From: Eledone cirrhosa
Taxonomy: Eukaryota
Length of the DNA: 64,000 bases
Assembly (NCBI GenBank): GCA_964016885.1
Contig: OZ024743.1
Coordinates: 232,686,001 to 232,750,000, forward strand
Direction: 5' to 3'
Shown: one piece after another, positions 15,001 through 28,290 of the stretch
Layout: the number at the start of each line of letters is the position of its first letter
Position numbering within the stretch: the first letter of the stretch is position 1
The notes under the pieces: generated by a model
Seen by the model: the letters and a program-made list of their open reading frames with translations, nothing else
Database searches by the model: none
What the model was told of the DNA's origin: nothing
Made by a program: the position numbers and the translations under genes

Positions 15001-18000
15001 ATCTGTGTGTGTCAGTGTCTGTATCTGTATCTGCGTGTGTCAGTGTCAGAATGTGTATCTGTGTGTGTGTCAGTGTCAGTATGTGTATATATGTGTCAGT
15101 GTCAGTATGTGTATCTATGTGTGTCAGTGTCTGTATGTGTATCTCTGTGTGTGTCAGTGTCTGTATGTGTATCTGTGTGTGTGTCAGTGTCAGTATGTGT
15201 ATCTATGGGTGTCAGTGTCTGTATGTGTATCTGTGTGTGTCAGTGTCAGTATGTGTATCTGTGTGTGTCAGTGTCAGTATGTGTATCTGTGTGTCAGTGT
15301 GTGTATGTCTATCTGTGTGTGTCAGTGTCAGTATCAATATCCATGTGTGTGTCAGTGTCAGTATGTGTATCTATGTGTGTCAGTGTCAGTATGTGTATCT
15401 ATGTGTGTCAGTGTCTGTATGTGTATCTGTGTGTGTCAGTGTCTGTATGTGTATCTGTGTGTGTCAGTGTCAGTATGTGTATCTATGTGTGTCAGTGTCT
15501 GTATGTGTATCTGTGTGTCAGTGTCTGTATGTGTATCTGTGTGTGTCAGTGTCAGTATGTGTATCTGTGTGTGTCAGTGTCAGTATGTGTATCTGTGTGT
15601 CAGTGTCTGTATGTGTATCTGTGTGTGTCAGTGTCAGTATCAATATCTGTGTGTGTGTCAGTGTCAGTATGTGTATCTATGTGTGTCAGTGTCAGTATGT
15701 GTATCTGTGTGTGTCAGTGTCAGTATCAATATCTGTGTGTGTGTCAGTGTCAGTATGTGTATCTATGTGTGTCAGTGTCAGTATGTGTATCTATGTGTGT
15801 CAGTGTCTGTATGTGTATCTGTGTGTCAGTGTCTGTATGTGTATATATGTGTGTCAGTGTCTGTATGTGTATCTGTGTCTGTCAGTGTCAGTATGTGTAT
15901 CTATGTGTGTCAGTGTCAGTATGTGTATCTGTGTGTGTCAGTGTCTGTATGTGAATCTGTGTGTGTCAGTGTCAGTATGTGTATCTGTGTGTCAGTGTCT
16001 GTATATGTATCTGTGTGTGTCAGTGTCAGTATCAATATCTGTGTGTGTGTCAGTGTCAGTATGTGTATCTATGTGTGTCAGTGTCAGTATGTGTATCTGT
16101 GTGTGTCAGTGTCAGTATCAATATCTGTGTGTGTGTCAGTGTCTGTATGTGTATCTATGTGTGTCAGTGTCAGTATGTGTATCAGTGTCTGTATGTGTAT
16201 CTGTGTGTCACTGTCTGTATGTGTATCTGTGTGTGTCAGTGTCAGTATGTGTATCTGTGTGTGTCAGTGTCAGTATGTGTATCTGTGTGTCAGTGTGTGT
16301 ATGTCTATCTGTGTGTGTCAGTGTCAGTATCAATATCTGTGTGTGTGTCAGTGTCTGTATGTGTATCTATGTGTGTCAGTGTCAGTATGTGTATCTATGT
16401 GTGTCAGTGTCTGTATGTGTATCTGTGTGTCAGTGTCTGTATGTGTATATATGTGTGTCAGTGTCTGTATGTGTATCTGTGTGTGTCAGTGTCTGTATCT
16501 GTATCTGTGTGTGTCAGTGTCTGTATCTGTATCTGTGTGTGTGTCAGTGTCAGTATGTGTATCTATGTTTGTCAGTGTCAGTATGTGTATCTGTGTGTGT
16601 CAGTGTCTGTATGTGTATCTGTGTGTGTCAGTGTCTGTATCTGTATCTGTGTGTGTCAGTGTCTGTATCTGTATCTGTGTGTGTGTCAGTGTCTGTATGT
16701 GTATCTATTTGTGTCAGTGTCAGTATGGGTATCTGTGTGTGTGTCAGTGTCTGTATGTGTATCTATTTTTGTCAGTGTCAGTATGTGTATCTATGTGTTA
16801 GTGTCAGTATGTGTATCTATGTGTTAGTGTCAGTATGTGTATCTATGTGTGTCAGTGTCTGTATGTGTATCTGTGTGTGTCAGTGTCTGTATGTGTATCT
16901 ATGTGTGTCAGTGTCAGTATGTGTATCTATGTGTGTCAGTGTCAGTATGTCTATCTGTGTGTGTCAGTGTCAGTATGTGTATCTGTGTGTGTCAGTGTCT
17001 GTATGTGTATCTATGTGTGTCAGTGTCTGTATGTGTATCTATGTGTCAGTGTCAGTATGTGTATCTCTGTGTGTCAGTGTCTGTATGTGTATCTGTGTGT
17101 CAGTGTCTGTATGTGTATCTGTGTGTGTCAGTGTCAGTATGTGTATCTCTGTGTGTCAGTGTCTGTATGTGTATCTGTGTGTGTCAGTGTCTGTATGTGT
17201 ATCTATGTGTGTCAGTGTCAGTATGTGTATCTGTGTCAGTGTCTGTATGTGTATCTATGTGTGTCAGTGTCTGTATGTGTAACTATGTGTGTCAGTGTCA
17301 GTATGTGTATCTGTGTCAGTGTCTGTATGTGTATCTATGTGTGTCAGTGTCAGTATGTGTATCTATGTGTGTCAGTGTCTGTATGTGTATCTGCGTGTCA
17401 ATGTCTGTATGTGTATCTGTGTGTGTCAGTGTCTGTATGTGTATCTGTGTGTGTCAGTGTCTGTATGTGTATCTATGTGTGTCAGTGTCTGTATGTGTAT
17501 CTGTGTGTCAGTGTCTGTATGTGTTTCTGTGTGTGTCAGTGTCTGTATGTGTATCTGTGTGTCAGTGTCTGTATGTGTATCTGTGTGTGTCAGTGTCTGT
17601 ATGTGTATCTATATGTGTGTCAGTGTCTGTATCTGTATCTGTGTGTGTCAGTGTCTGTATGTGTATCTATGTGTGTCAGTGTCAGTATGTGTATCTATGT
17701 GTGTCAGTGTCTGTATGTGTATCTGTGTGTGTCAGTGTCAGTATAGTGTCAGTATGTGTATCTCTGTGTGTCAGTGTATGTATGTGTATCTATGTGTCAG
17801 TGTCAGTATGTGTATCTGTGTGTGTCAGTTTCAGTATAGTGTCAGTATGTGTATCTCTGTGTGTCAGTGTCAGTATGTGTATCTGTGTGTGTGTCAGTGT
17901 CTGTATGTGTATCTGTGTGTGTCAGTGTCTGTATGTGTATCTATGTGTGTCAGTGTCTGTATGTGTATCTATGTGTCGGTGTCAGTATGTGTATCTGTGT

Positions 18001-18300
18001 GTGTCAGTGTCAGTATGTGTACCTATGTGTCAGTGTCAGTATGTGTATATGTGTGTGTCAGTGTCAGTATGTGTATCTGTGTGTGTCAGTGTCCGTATGT
18101 GTATCTCTGTGTGTCAGTGTCTGTATGTGTATCTGTGTGTGTCAGTGTCTGTATGTGTATCTATGTGTGTCAGTGTCTGTATGTGTATCTATGTGTCAGT
18201 GTCAGTATGTGTATATGTGTGTGTCAGTGTCAGTATGTGTATCTGTGTGTGTCAGTGTCAGTATGTGTATCTATGTGTGTCAGTGTCTGTATGTGTATCT
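1..18300. repeat. Satellite/minisatellite array, modal unit ~28 bp (CAGTGTCTGTATGTGTATCT[A/G]TGTGTGT), 24-30 bp variants by GT slippage; runs off the left edge
   Basis: Continuous tandem unit (e.g. 21-48, 49-76), roughly 650 copies. The C/V/S/Y/M ORFs in all three + frames are artefacts of a stop-poor strand. Confidence 0.97.
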
Positions 18301-18334
18301 GTCTGGGCGATGAGATGTTAATGTGCTTCTCATG

Positions 18335-18895
18335 TTGGTGGTGGTTGTGTCGGTGGCGGTGGCGGTGGCGGTGGTGGTGGTGGCGGTGCTGGTGGTGGTG
18401 GTGGTGGCGGTGCTGGTGGTGGTGGTGCTGGTGGTGGTGGTGGTTGTGGTGGTGTTGGCGGTGGCAGCGATGGTGGTGGTGTTATTTTTGTCGGTGGTGT
18501 GGTATGAGTATTGATGGTGTTGGTTTTGCTGTTGGTGTTGTTGTTGGTGTTGGTGGTGGTGGTGGTGTTGGTGGTGGTGATGATGGTGGTTGTGGTGGTG
18601 GTGGTGTGGTGGTTGTCATAATGGGTGTGGTTGTTTTGGTGGTGGTGTTGTGGACGTCGGTGTTGGTGTTGGTGGTGTTGGTTTTGGTGTTGATGTTGCT
18701 GTTGTTGGTTGTAGTGATGGGGGGGTTGTCGGAGGTGGTGGTGGTGGTGTGGTGTGGTGGTTGTTTGGGTGTTGTTGTTGTTGGTTGTGGTAGTGGTGGT
18801 GGTGGTGGTGGTTGTGGTGGTGTTGTTTTTGTAGGTGGTGGTGGTGGTGGTGCTGGTGGTGGTGGTGGTGGTGGTGGTGGTGGTAGTGTTGGTTT
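18335..18895. repeat. Degenerate (GGT)n/(GTT)n trinucleotide tract
   Basis: Visible directly. Confidence 0.95.
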
Positions 18896-19244
18896 TAAAT
18901 GGGATGGGTGAGTTATGGAGATGGTAGTCATGTGATCAACATCATTTTCAATCGTGACCTCTCCGTCTCTTTGTATATTTAGAATAACATCTAATATTTC
19001 TTTCTACTTTTAGAAGAATAGGCCTCAGATTTGAAGCAGATGCTATTGGTACTTCTACTAGGTTGAGCGACCACATATAGGCTCCGTCAGGTGTTGGTTA
19101 CCTTACTGATGTTGTTGTTGTTGTTGTAGTTGGTTGTGGCGCTCGTTGTGATGGGGGAGGCGGGGGAAACATGTACATTAAAGAAAAGGTAATTACTTTC
19201 TTATCTTTCGAAATATTTCCCCGAGAGTATAGGTATGTATGTGT

Positions 19245-19248
19245 CCAT

Positions 19249-19293
<45 letters not shown>

Positions 19294-19324
19294 CATACAT
19301 ATATATATATATATACAAACATAC

Positions 19325-19360
<36 letters not shown>

Positions 19361-19396
19361 GTATATATATATATATGTGTGTGTGTGTGTATGTGT

Positions 19397-19439
<43 letters not shown>

Positions 19440-19700
19440 TATATTTATGTATATATATATATATATATACATATATATATTTATGTATATATATATACAT
19501 ATACATATACATATATATATATGTATGTATGTGTGTATTATATATATATATACATACATATATATATATACATATATATACATATATAAACGCTTGCTTG
19601 TTAGTGTGTTATAAACTTCAAATATACAGATGTTATAGATGTGTACACACACATTTCCATACACACACCCACACACACACACATATATATATTGGCATGT
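19245..19700. repeat. (TA)n/(CA)n compound microsatellite
   Basis: Visible directly. Confidence 0.95.
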
Positions 19701-20268
19701 GTGCACGTATGTGAATGTATGTAAGCATAGTGTATACTTCAGAAACTATGTATATATATTTATTAATATATGCATATATGCATTAGCACTTCGTTTTGAC
19801 TTGGCCTAATATTCGTACAAATGATAAGAGAACTTTTTGTGAGAAAGAGATATCATAAAAGATTACAGATCACTCTGCGACAAAATCTCGATGAATATAT
19901 ACGTGTCTTGCAACTGAGGAAGCGTCATTTCCGTCATTTATGGAACACACTCACAAAAAAAAACTATTAAATTCCCTTCTCATTTGTTGCATAGTTTTGT
20001 ATGTCTTTTATAATTTTTCTTTGTTTGTTGTTGAATATTTTACACCTAACTCCTGTCTACTACGCAATGAAATGTTTTGCTACTGAAACTTCTGCCAACC
20101 GATCACTGACACAAATCTTTAATCCTACTGATGTCATGGAATGTGTTAAATCAATATATTAATATAATTATATGTGTCTGTGCTAGTATGTATAGATGTG
20201 AATGTGTGTGTGGTTATCTATCCACTTTTTGCTGTCTTCGGGGTTACTTTATCCGATTTTCCCTACTA

Positions 20269-20359
20269 TCTTCTTCTTCTTCTTCTTCTTCTTCTTCTTC
20301 TTCTTCTTCTTCTTTTTCTTCTTCTTTTTCTTCTTCTTCTTCTTCTTCTTCTTCTTCTT

Positions 20360-20390
<31 letters not shown>

Positions 20391-20875
20391 TTCTTCTTCT
20401 TCTTCTTCTTCTTCTTCTTCTTCTTCTTCTTCTTCTTCTTCTTCTTCTTCTTCCTTCGCCCACATATTCCCCAGAGGGTCGTGGGGGCAGAGTCTTTAAA
20501 CACTCCGTCCAGCGGGTCCTATCAGAGACCATCGGCTCAAAATGCTCCGACTGGATCCCCAGACCTGAACAAACAGGCTCAAGAATGTTATCCGACCTTC
20601 TTACCCGGGGTCTACTCCTGGGTTTCCTGCCGATTAGTCTTGTCCGTTAAATCTGTCCAGTGATTCTATCCTGAGACATTCTAACCTCATGCCCATAATA
20701 TCGGAGCTGTAATCTCTTAATTCGGAGAGGTAGCGGCTCAACCTGGAGTGACTCTTTGATCTCCAAGCTAGGCACACTATCGAGTAAGGTTACTCCAAAG
20801 ACCCTTCGGGGGAACCCTATTTCGGCCACTTGGATTCGCGATCGTATTCTTTCGGTCATTACCCAAAATTCATGG
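20269..20875 (-). mobile_element. RTE-type LINE 3' fragment with (AAG)n tail
   Basis: Minus-strand translation RIQVAEIGFPRRVFGVTLLD...IKRLQLRYYGHEVRM...DRTRWTECL resembles the RTE ORF C-terminus; frameshifted; (TTC)n on + strand at 20269-20455. Confidence 0.8.
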
Positions 20876-21306
20876 CAAAATTTATGGCACGAATACTGAA
20901 TTGAAGATTTATGTTTGGCTTTTACACCTAGCATTACATACATACAAAGATACATAATGTTTAATTCATTGACTGCGGCCAGGCTAGAGCACTGCTTTGT
21001 AGCCGATCATTGGACAAATCGGGACTGTAATACATATCATGTGACCATATATACATACTAGTATACATCTATGTATATGCATTTGTGTGTATATGCGTGT
21101 TTCTGTGTGTACGCGTAAGTGTCTGTATGTTTTTGTGCATATATACGTATATGTATACATATATAACTTTATATATACTGTGCGTATGTGTGCTGATTGC
21201 TATAAAAATAATATATACATACATGCATACATACATACGTACGTACATACATACATACATAAATACATACATTCATACATACGTTCATACATACATACAT
21301 ATATAC

Positions 21307-21718
21307 ATGGTGGCTGCCAACTCGTTTTCGAGTATGGCCACTACTTTATATCCATGTAGGAGAACTCCTACCGATGCGCTGAACGAATGTGACTTTAGTC
21401 CAGCCAGCGACTTGAAAACTCTGGTACAAACACTACACTTGTGACAATTATTGACCCATAGTGCTAGGCCCATGGTACCATGTGACGACAAGTGCAGAGA
21501 GATCTCCAGATATAAAGCAATGCCTGTGCCGTGAAGCTTTTATAGTGAGCAAAGGCACTGCACAAAGCCAGTCCCACTCTCTTAACCAAGATGATATTTA
21601 CCAAAAAGAAGAACAAGTCAACATCATTGGATACCATCAGAGTTGCAGGTGTTATATCAGAGTTTTCCTTCTCCTAGAATTCTGCCTTGACAAAGGCTAA
21701 GGGGTCATCTCTCCCTTG
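21307..21718 (-). mobile_element. Probable decayed LINE 3' end with a C2H2-like zinc finger, inside a (CATA)n tract
   Basis: CSVCTRVFKSLAGLKSH on the minus strand resembles the terminal zinc finger of RTE-class LINEs; the rest is not translatable. Confidence 0.45.
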
Positions 21719-22082
21719 CATACATACATACATACATACATACATACATACATACATACATACATACATTCATGCATACATACATACATACATACATACA
21801 CACATACATACATATATACATACATACATACTTTCATGCATACATACATACATACATTCATACATACAAACATACATACATACATGTATGCATGCATACA
21901 TACATACATGCATGCACACATACATACATACATACATACATACATACATACATACATACATACATTCATACATACAAACATACATACATGCATGCATGCA
22001 TACATACATACATACATACATACATACATACATACATACATACATACATACATACATACATACATACATACATACATACATA
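21719..22082. repeat. (CATA)n microsatellite (further tracts at 21215-21306 and 22858-22998)
   Basis: Visible directly. Confidence 0.95.
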
Positions 22083-22857
22083 AACCACTCAAAAAGCCTG
22101 GCATGGAGTTCCGACAAGTTTATGACATCACACCTTGATGGATATCTCTATGCAATACAGGAACAAGAACTCCCTACCAAATATCTGCTGCACAAAAGAG
22201 GAGGGCCAGCAGCTGACAATAAATGTAGGCTATGTAAAACAAATATCGAGGATGTAAGCCACATTGTTGCCAGCTGCGAAAGAATGTCATCTCGCTACTA
22301 CCTCCCCATGAGACACGATAGGATAGCTAGAACCATCTAGAACGCACTTCGGAAAACAAAATTAACAACAAACGAGGAAGAGTATATTGAGACAGATGGC
22401 ACTAAGGAATACTGGTGGAACCTGAAAATAAAAACTGCCACCAAATTAAAGCACAACCGGCCTGATATTGTTGTTTGGGACCACACATTGAAAACGTGTT
22501 TTGTTGTGGAGATCAGCTGCCCACTTGATGTAAACGTTGTCAGAAAAATACAGGAGAAGGAGGACATCTACGAACCATTGATGAGGAGTTTACAAATCCA
22601 GTATCCACCTTTAGCTTCATACCCATCATTATTGGAGCTACGGGTTATATACCAACCCGCTTGGGCCAAAGTATGACTGAACTTGGATTTGCGGACAAAA
22701 AGCGCATAGTTTACAAATGGCTGCGATAGCTGGCACCTTCAAAATTTGCAAAATATTCTTGCGATTCAAGGGATGACAATTTCTTTTCTTTTACAACCTT
22801 GCCACCAGGAAGGTGGCCGGTCAAAAAAAATATACTCGAAATTAAGAGAAAGAGAAA
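22083..22857 (+). mobile_element. 5'-truncated non-LTR retrotransposon with restriction-like endonuclease (R4/Dong-like), pseudogenised
   Basis: AIQEQEL...CRLCKTNIEDVSHIVASC (CCHC)...RHD...HNRPDIVVWD...VVEISCP...EKEDIY; stop at 22338, frameshift near 22610; (CATA)n on both sides. Confidence 0.88.
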
Positions 22858-23324
22858 ACATACATACATACATACATACATACATACATACATACATGCA
22901 TGCATGCATGCATACATACATACATACATACATACATACATACATACATACATACATACATACATACATACATACATACATACATACATACATACATACT
23001 CCACAGAAAGCAAAATAAGACATAGAAGTAATACAAGAAATGATGTCCGGAAGATATCTTAAAATTGGTTTCAAGTATTGATAATTTAGTTTCGATGAAA
23101 TGAGCGTTAAAAACAATAGCATAAAGATCAATAGAAATAATTTAGTCCTGGAACACTCTGCCCTACAATTCCTCGCTTTGCAATTTTCTGCCATTCTACC
23201 AGAAAATCCGAATCTATTATATTTACTAAGTGATACATAATTGCTTCCTAGTGATGTCTGTTTATTTTATTTGTCGAATCGAACCCAATATTTTATGTAT
23301 TTTTCCTTTGATTTGGTTGTTTTG

Positions 23325-24176
23325 ATGAGGTTGATGATGATGATGATGATGATAGTGGCGGTGGTGGTTTGTGTAGTGATAGAGGTGGTGCTGGTGGTTG
23401 TAGTGGTGGTGGTGGTGGTGGTGGTTGTGTTTGTGGTGGTGGTGGCGGTGGTGGTGGCAGTGGTGGTGGTGGTGGTGGTGGTGGTGGAGATTATTTTCGT
23501 CTCGTCATGGCGGCGGTGGTTTGTATGGTGGTGGTTGTGTTGGTGGTGGTGGTGTTCGTGGTGGTCGTCGTCGTGGTGGTCGTCGTCGTCGAAGTGGCGG
23601 CGGTGGTTTGTGTGGTGGTGGTTGTGTTTTTCTTGTTGGTGGTGGTGGTGGTTGTAGTCGTCGTCGTGGTGACGGTGGAGGTTTGTGTGGTGGTGGTTGT
23701 GGTGGTGGTGGTCATGGTCGTGGTCGTGGTTATAATCGTCTTCGCGGCGGCGGTGGTTTGTGTGGTGGTGATTGTGTTGGTGGTGGTGGTGGTGGTGGTG
23801 GTGGTGGTGTTAGTAGTGGTCGTCGTCGTCGTCGTCGTCGTCGTTGTGGTGGTGGCGGCGGTGGTTTGTGAGGTGTTGGTGGTGGTGATAGTGGTCGTGG
23901 TTGTGGTGGTAGTGGTGGTGGTCGTCGTGGTCGTTGTGGTAGTGTGGCGGTGGATTGTGTGGTGGTAGGAGTCGTGGTTGTGGTTTTAGTGATGGTAGTG
24001 GACGTTGTTGTGGTGGTGGTGGTGGTTGTCGTGGAGGCAGCAGTGGTTGTGATAATAGCAATAATGGTGATTGTACTGATTGATGGTCATCGTTGTTCTG
24101 TTTAGTTTGTTGATGGTAGTGATGGTGATGGTGGGGTGGTGGGGTGGTGACGTGGTGGTGTGAATGGTCGTGGTTG
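23325..24176. repeat. Degenerate (GGT)/(GTC) trinucleotide tract, resuming at 24834-24970 after the MITE
   Basis: Visible directly. Confidence 0.93.
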
Positions 24177-24178
24177 TA

Positions 24179-24831
24179 CAGGGGGTCCGAAAGTATTGTC
24201 ACTTCCTACCAAAAAGTAATGAGAAACAGTTTATGTCCCCATCGCAGATTCGTCCTCTTCGGAGGAGCTGGTTTGCCGAGTCATGCAGTGAGGTCATGTC
24301 GCACATCCTCCATTTTCTTGCCAGAATGCATACGATCATGTGTCCATACACTTGCAAGCTGCCTCTCTTCCAAACTGTAGGAGCTTTGAAATAGAAAATT
24401 ATATTATTATTATTATATATTTTAGTTAATGATATTATATATTATATTATTAAAACAAAAAAATAATTGTTTCTACTTTTGGCACAAGGCCAGCAATTAT
24501 CGCAGTGCATTACTGGTACTTTATTTTATCGACCCCGTAAGGATGAAAGGCAAAGTTAACCCCCGCGGGATTTGAAATCAGAATGGCAAGGGCCGTAACT
24601 CTATGCGTCAAAGCATGGCGTCCGACCCTCTACCGATACTGCCAATCCACCAACAAAAAAATAATTGTTTCTACTTTTGGCACAAGGCCAGCAATTATCC
24701 CAGTGTATTACTGGTACTTTATTTTATCGACCCTGTAAGGATGAAAGACAAAGTTAACCTCGGCGGGATTTGAACCAACAAAAAAAATAATGAAAGTTAA
24801 AACAATGTGACAAGACTTTCGGACTACCCTG
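24179..24831. mobile_element. Tc1/mariner-type non-autonomous element (MITE) with TA target duplication and nested SINEs
   Basis: TA|CAGGGGGTCCGAAAGTATTGTCAC at left; GTGACAAGACTTTCGGACTACCCTG|TA at right; ~25-bp imperfect TIRs. Confidence 0.8.
24455..24780 (-). mobile_element. Two tandem SINE copies (tRNA-derived, octopus-type)
   Basis: Repeated ATAATTGTTTCTACTTTTGGCACAAGGCC...CTGGTACTTTATTTTATCGACCC...GGATGAAAG...GGGATTTGAA; reverse complement of the copies at 44338-44790. Confidence 0.85.
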
Positions 24832-25527
24832 TAGGTCGTCGGGGTCATGGTTGTTATGGTGATGGTAATGGTCGTCGTCGTGGTTGTGGTTGAGATAATG
24901 GTAGTAGTGGTGATTGTGCTGGTGGTCGTCATTATCCTGTTTGTTTTATTGTTGGTTGTGATGGTCGAGTTTCGTTAGAGGTGGCTGGGGGATAATGCTT
25001 TGGCTATTTTATGCGTGTGATGTATGTATGTGAAACTTTGTCCTATACTTATATGTTTGTCTTGATATGTGTGTAGGCTATATGTATAATTATGTATATA
25101 TAGTGGTGGACTGGCCAGGTTGCCCAATGGCAAGTGGGCCCCAGGGGGCCCACGGTAGCATTGCAAGAGCCCACTGTAGTATTTTAGAGGCCAATGCTTT
25201 GCTTTAAAAATACCTGAAATCAAAGAAAAAGAATAATTTGTTTTTTAATGATTAAAATAATTAAGCAAAGCATTTGGTCATCCAGTTTCCCAGGGAATTA
25301 CTAGAAACCAAAATATACGATAGTGCAAATAGCTGGAATCGGTGGTTGTACATTCTACTAAATCTAAAGCTTAGTGAATTCATTCATTCATGCAAACATA
25401 CATATATAGACACAGACACACAAGCACATATATATATATTTATGTACTTACACACGAATAAATGACCAAACAATGTTTGGTATCAATGGGTTAAAGACAT
25501 CTGTCAAATCAATTAGTGGCGAAGGTG

Positions 25528-25597
<70 letters not shown>

Positions 25598-25601
<4 letters not shown>

Positions 25602-26560
25602 TTTCTTTATTTGCCACATGGGCGCACAAGAAAAGGGGACAATACAAAGACATGCCGGGGATTTTACATACAGTCGGCTAAAAAATATAAAAACAAACAA
25701 TTACAACAATCGAAATCCCCAATAGAGGGGAGGCACCACAAATGGGTTATTTAATACCCCGTCGATAGAACAACCCTCAACTCCAGGAGTGTGTTGTGCA
25801 AGTGCTTCTTTCTTCCGTTTGCTCTCTTCTTCAACCCACAGGCTTATAAACAGAGAAGGCCCAATCACTCGGGCCATTTTCGCTTCATTCACCCACCTTT
25901 CAGTAAATTTACTGGGGTGCAGTACCTCTCTCTCCACCCTGATTCTCCTTCTAAAGTGATACTTAAAGAAGGGAATCAATTGTTGTTCGAAGAGAAAGGC
26001 ATCTGTCCTCAGTCCTCTCAACCTCGTCCACCATATAACATCTTTCACCATAGCCACCCTACAGAGGAAAACCGCCTCTCTTTCGTTTTTGAAAGAGGCT
26101 GGCGATTTGATCCTTACTATGGACTCGGCAGTCAACTGGCTTTGTCCCATACACGACAGCAGTTGTTCTGCATAGTTCCACAGGTCGGTTACGCCCTGGC
26201 AGTGTACAATTGCGTGCAGGACTGTTTCAATGTCTTGCGCGCATCTTGGACACGTCCTCTTGGAAGGATCCCTGCCGGGGCGTCCGTGCCTGTAGATTCT
26301 GTCACGAACCGGTAGAGCTCCTCGGTAGCACTGCCAGGCCAGGGACCTCTGGAAGTTGTCCATTGGTCCCGGGCGGAAAGTCCTACCAAACAGACTGGTG
26401 AGCTCATCGTCTTCAACGCGCAGAGTCTCTCCGAGCACGTTGTCGCCCTTGTAACGTACATCCCTCTATAGAATGTCGAAGTGGAGTCTCCACTGATTGC
26501 TGCGCCCGCTTGCCAGAGGTCTGTGAGCGATTGAGCGCATTCAATGTGCTAGGCGCCGAT
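25598..26560 (-). mobile_element. Tx1/L1-clade LINE ORF2 3' fragment (zf-RVT-like region)
   Basis: RSLAWQCYRGALPVRDRIYRHG...CPRCAQDIETVLHAIVHC...LW; AATAAA near 25610 on the minus strand, followed by a (TC)n tract. Confidence 0.85.
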
Positions 26561-26569
26561 CGTTTTCGG

Positions 26570-26875
26570 TATATATTTCAAGGGTTCCAAACCTTTGGTA
26601 TGCTTTAAAATACAAAGTTTGTTTTATAAATTTTCACATAACCAAGAAAAGATACCTTAACAGTTCAAGTTTTTCTTGGATAGTTTTTCTTGACTATCCA
26701 AGAAAAACTTGAACCGTTAAGGTATATTTTCTTGGTTATGTCAACATTTATAAAACAAACTGTATTTTATCTGATGAAAGCGTACCAAAGTTTTGGTACC
26801 CTTGAAATATATATAATAGAACAAATATGGTTTTATAAATATACTTTCCATTTATTTAATATCATTGTGTGTATA
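26570..26875 (+). mobile_element. Fold-back PLE end: ~115-bp inverted arms plus 3' tail
   Basis: 26570-26684 is the reverse complement of 26693-26813; the right arm carries an HHR. Confidence 0.8.
26765..26821 (+). ncRNA. Type-I hammerhead ribozyme
   Basis: uuuuau CUGAUGA aagcguaccaa-aguu-uugguacccuu GAAA U-auau-A UA auagaa; stems I and II pair; palindromic stem III; AUA site. Confidence 0.78.
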
Positions 26876-27183
26876 TATATATATATTGTTATACTTTGGG
26901 AGGGTCATGTTGCCAATAAGAAACACATGCACCAGTTGCTTTCACTTCAATTTATTATAATAAATTTAGCAATTTATAAATTTCCGGTTGGTTGGTTGGT
27001 TCCACAACCAGATGGTTGTTTATATATTGTCAAAGTTCTTTCGTCACACATTCTTTGACCTCTTCAGTGACTGGGGGTTCTTTTCTTTGTTTTTTATGCC
27101 TCTCCTTTGTTCTGTCCTACGCCATCTTGTTTTTGTGTGTGTATATATGTATATATATATGTGTGTATATATATGTGTGTATA

Positions 27184-27304
<121 letters not shown>

Positions 27305-27420
27305 GATGAATTAGTTTTGCGAGGTTTTTGATATGAAGTCGTGTGTCGAAACAAATATTGTTATACTTGGGGAGGGTCATATTTGTGTAATATTACCAGA
27401 ATTAATAACAGAACAAACAC

Positions 27421-27460
<40 letters not shown>

Positions 27461-28237
27461 AGGAGGTAAGTTTTATTGTAGCACAATAAAGCAATGCAAA
27501 TATCGGATAAGTAGCACTCAACAGTTTATAGGACTGGAGTATAAATAATATAAAATCAAAAGATAGTTAAAAGAGTCCCATTTATTTTATTATGCGCATT
27601 TCAAAAACAAATATCATTATGAGACGATTCTCTATAATATATTTGTATTTATCTCCAGTCTTTAGCTATTGACCAGTTAATTTTATTGATTTTTTTAGTT
27701 GATCTTATTGACTGATGAATAGCTCATGTTAATGTTAACCCGTCTGTTGAGAACTCCAATTCGATATGTGATATTTTGTATTTTTTACAATAATATACCC
27801 TACTGAATTCATTCGCCTAATATAGGGGTTCCCTCCCTTGCTAGACCCCACGTGGATTTAGTAACGGGTTCCTTTGTATATTTGAACGAAATGCCTGTTG
27901 AGAAAGTGGTTTCCTCGTTCATCATTCTACCAGAAACCGGATATTTTTCATGTAAGCTGACGGTAACTGATTTAGGAGCCTCAGAAACCAAAATGCTGGA
28001 ATTTACCATCCTTGCGGGTCCGGGTAAAGATTTTTCATTCATTTATATTATTATTTGTCTGACCCGAATTTTCTTGGTCGTTTTTTCGGCTGTGCGAATG
28101 ATTTTAAGCATTGTCTCTGTGTGTTGGTATTTAAACGTTAGTTATAGCTCTGGTTTATCCAAACTATTGAGCCCTTTGCCACGCATTTCGAAGATTGTGT
28201 TTCGTTATTTCGTGGGCCGAGATTCCAATTCTCTATA

Positions 28238-28290
<53 letters not shown>

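Noticed and set aside
1-18300. CRISPR-like array
   Set aside because: No unique spacers, no cas genes, eukaryotic context.
1-18321. Very long Cys/Val-rich ORFs (up to 2070 aa)
   Set aside because: Open in all three + frames because the GT-rich satellite lacks stops; 2-bp indels shift frame freely.
18482-18931. Pro/Thr-rich mucin-like ORF on the minus strand (also 23369-24202)
   Set aside because: Translation of degenerate (GGT)n; no splice or domain support.
21390-21450. Host C2H2 zinc-finger gene exon
   Set aside because: Single finger with no second His or TGEKP linker; better explained as a LINE terminus.
25103-25200. GC-rich palindromic patch resembling a DNA-transposon terminus
   Set aside because: No partner TIR or target duplication found.
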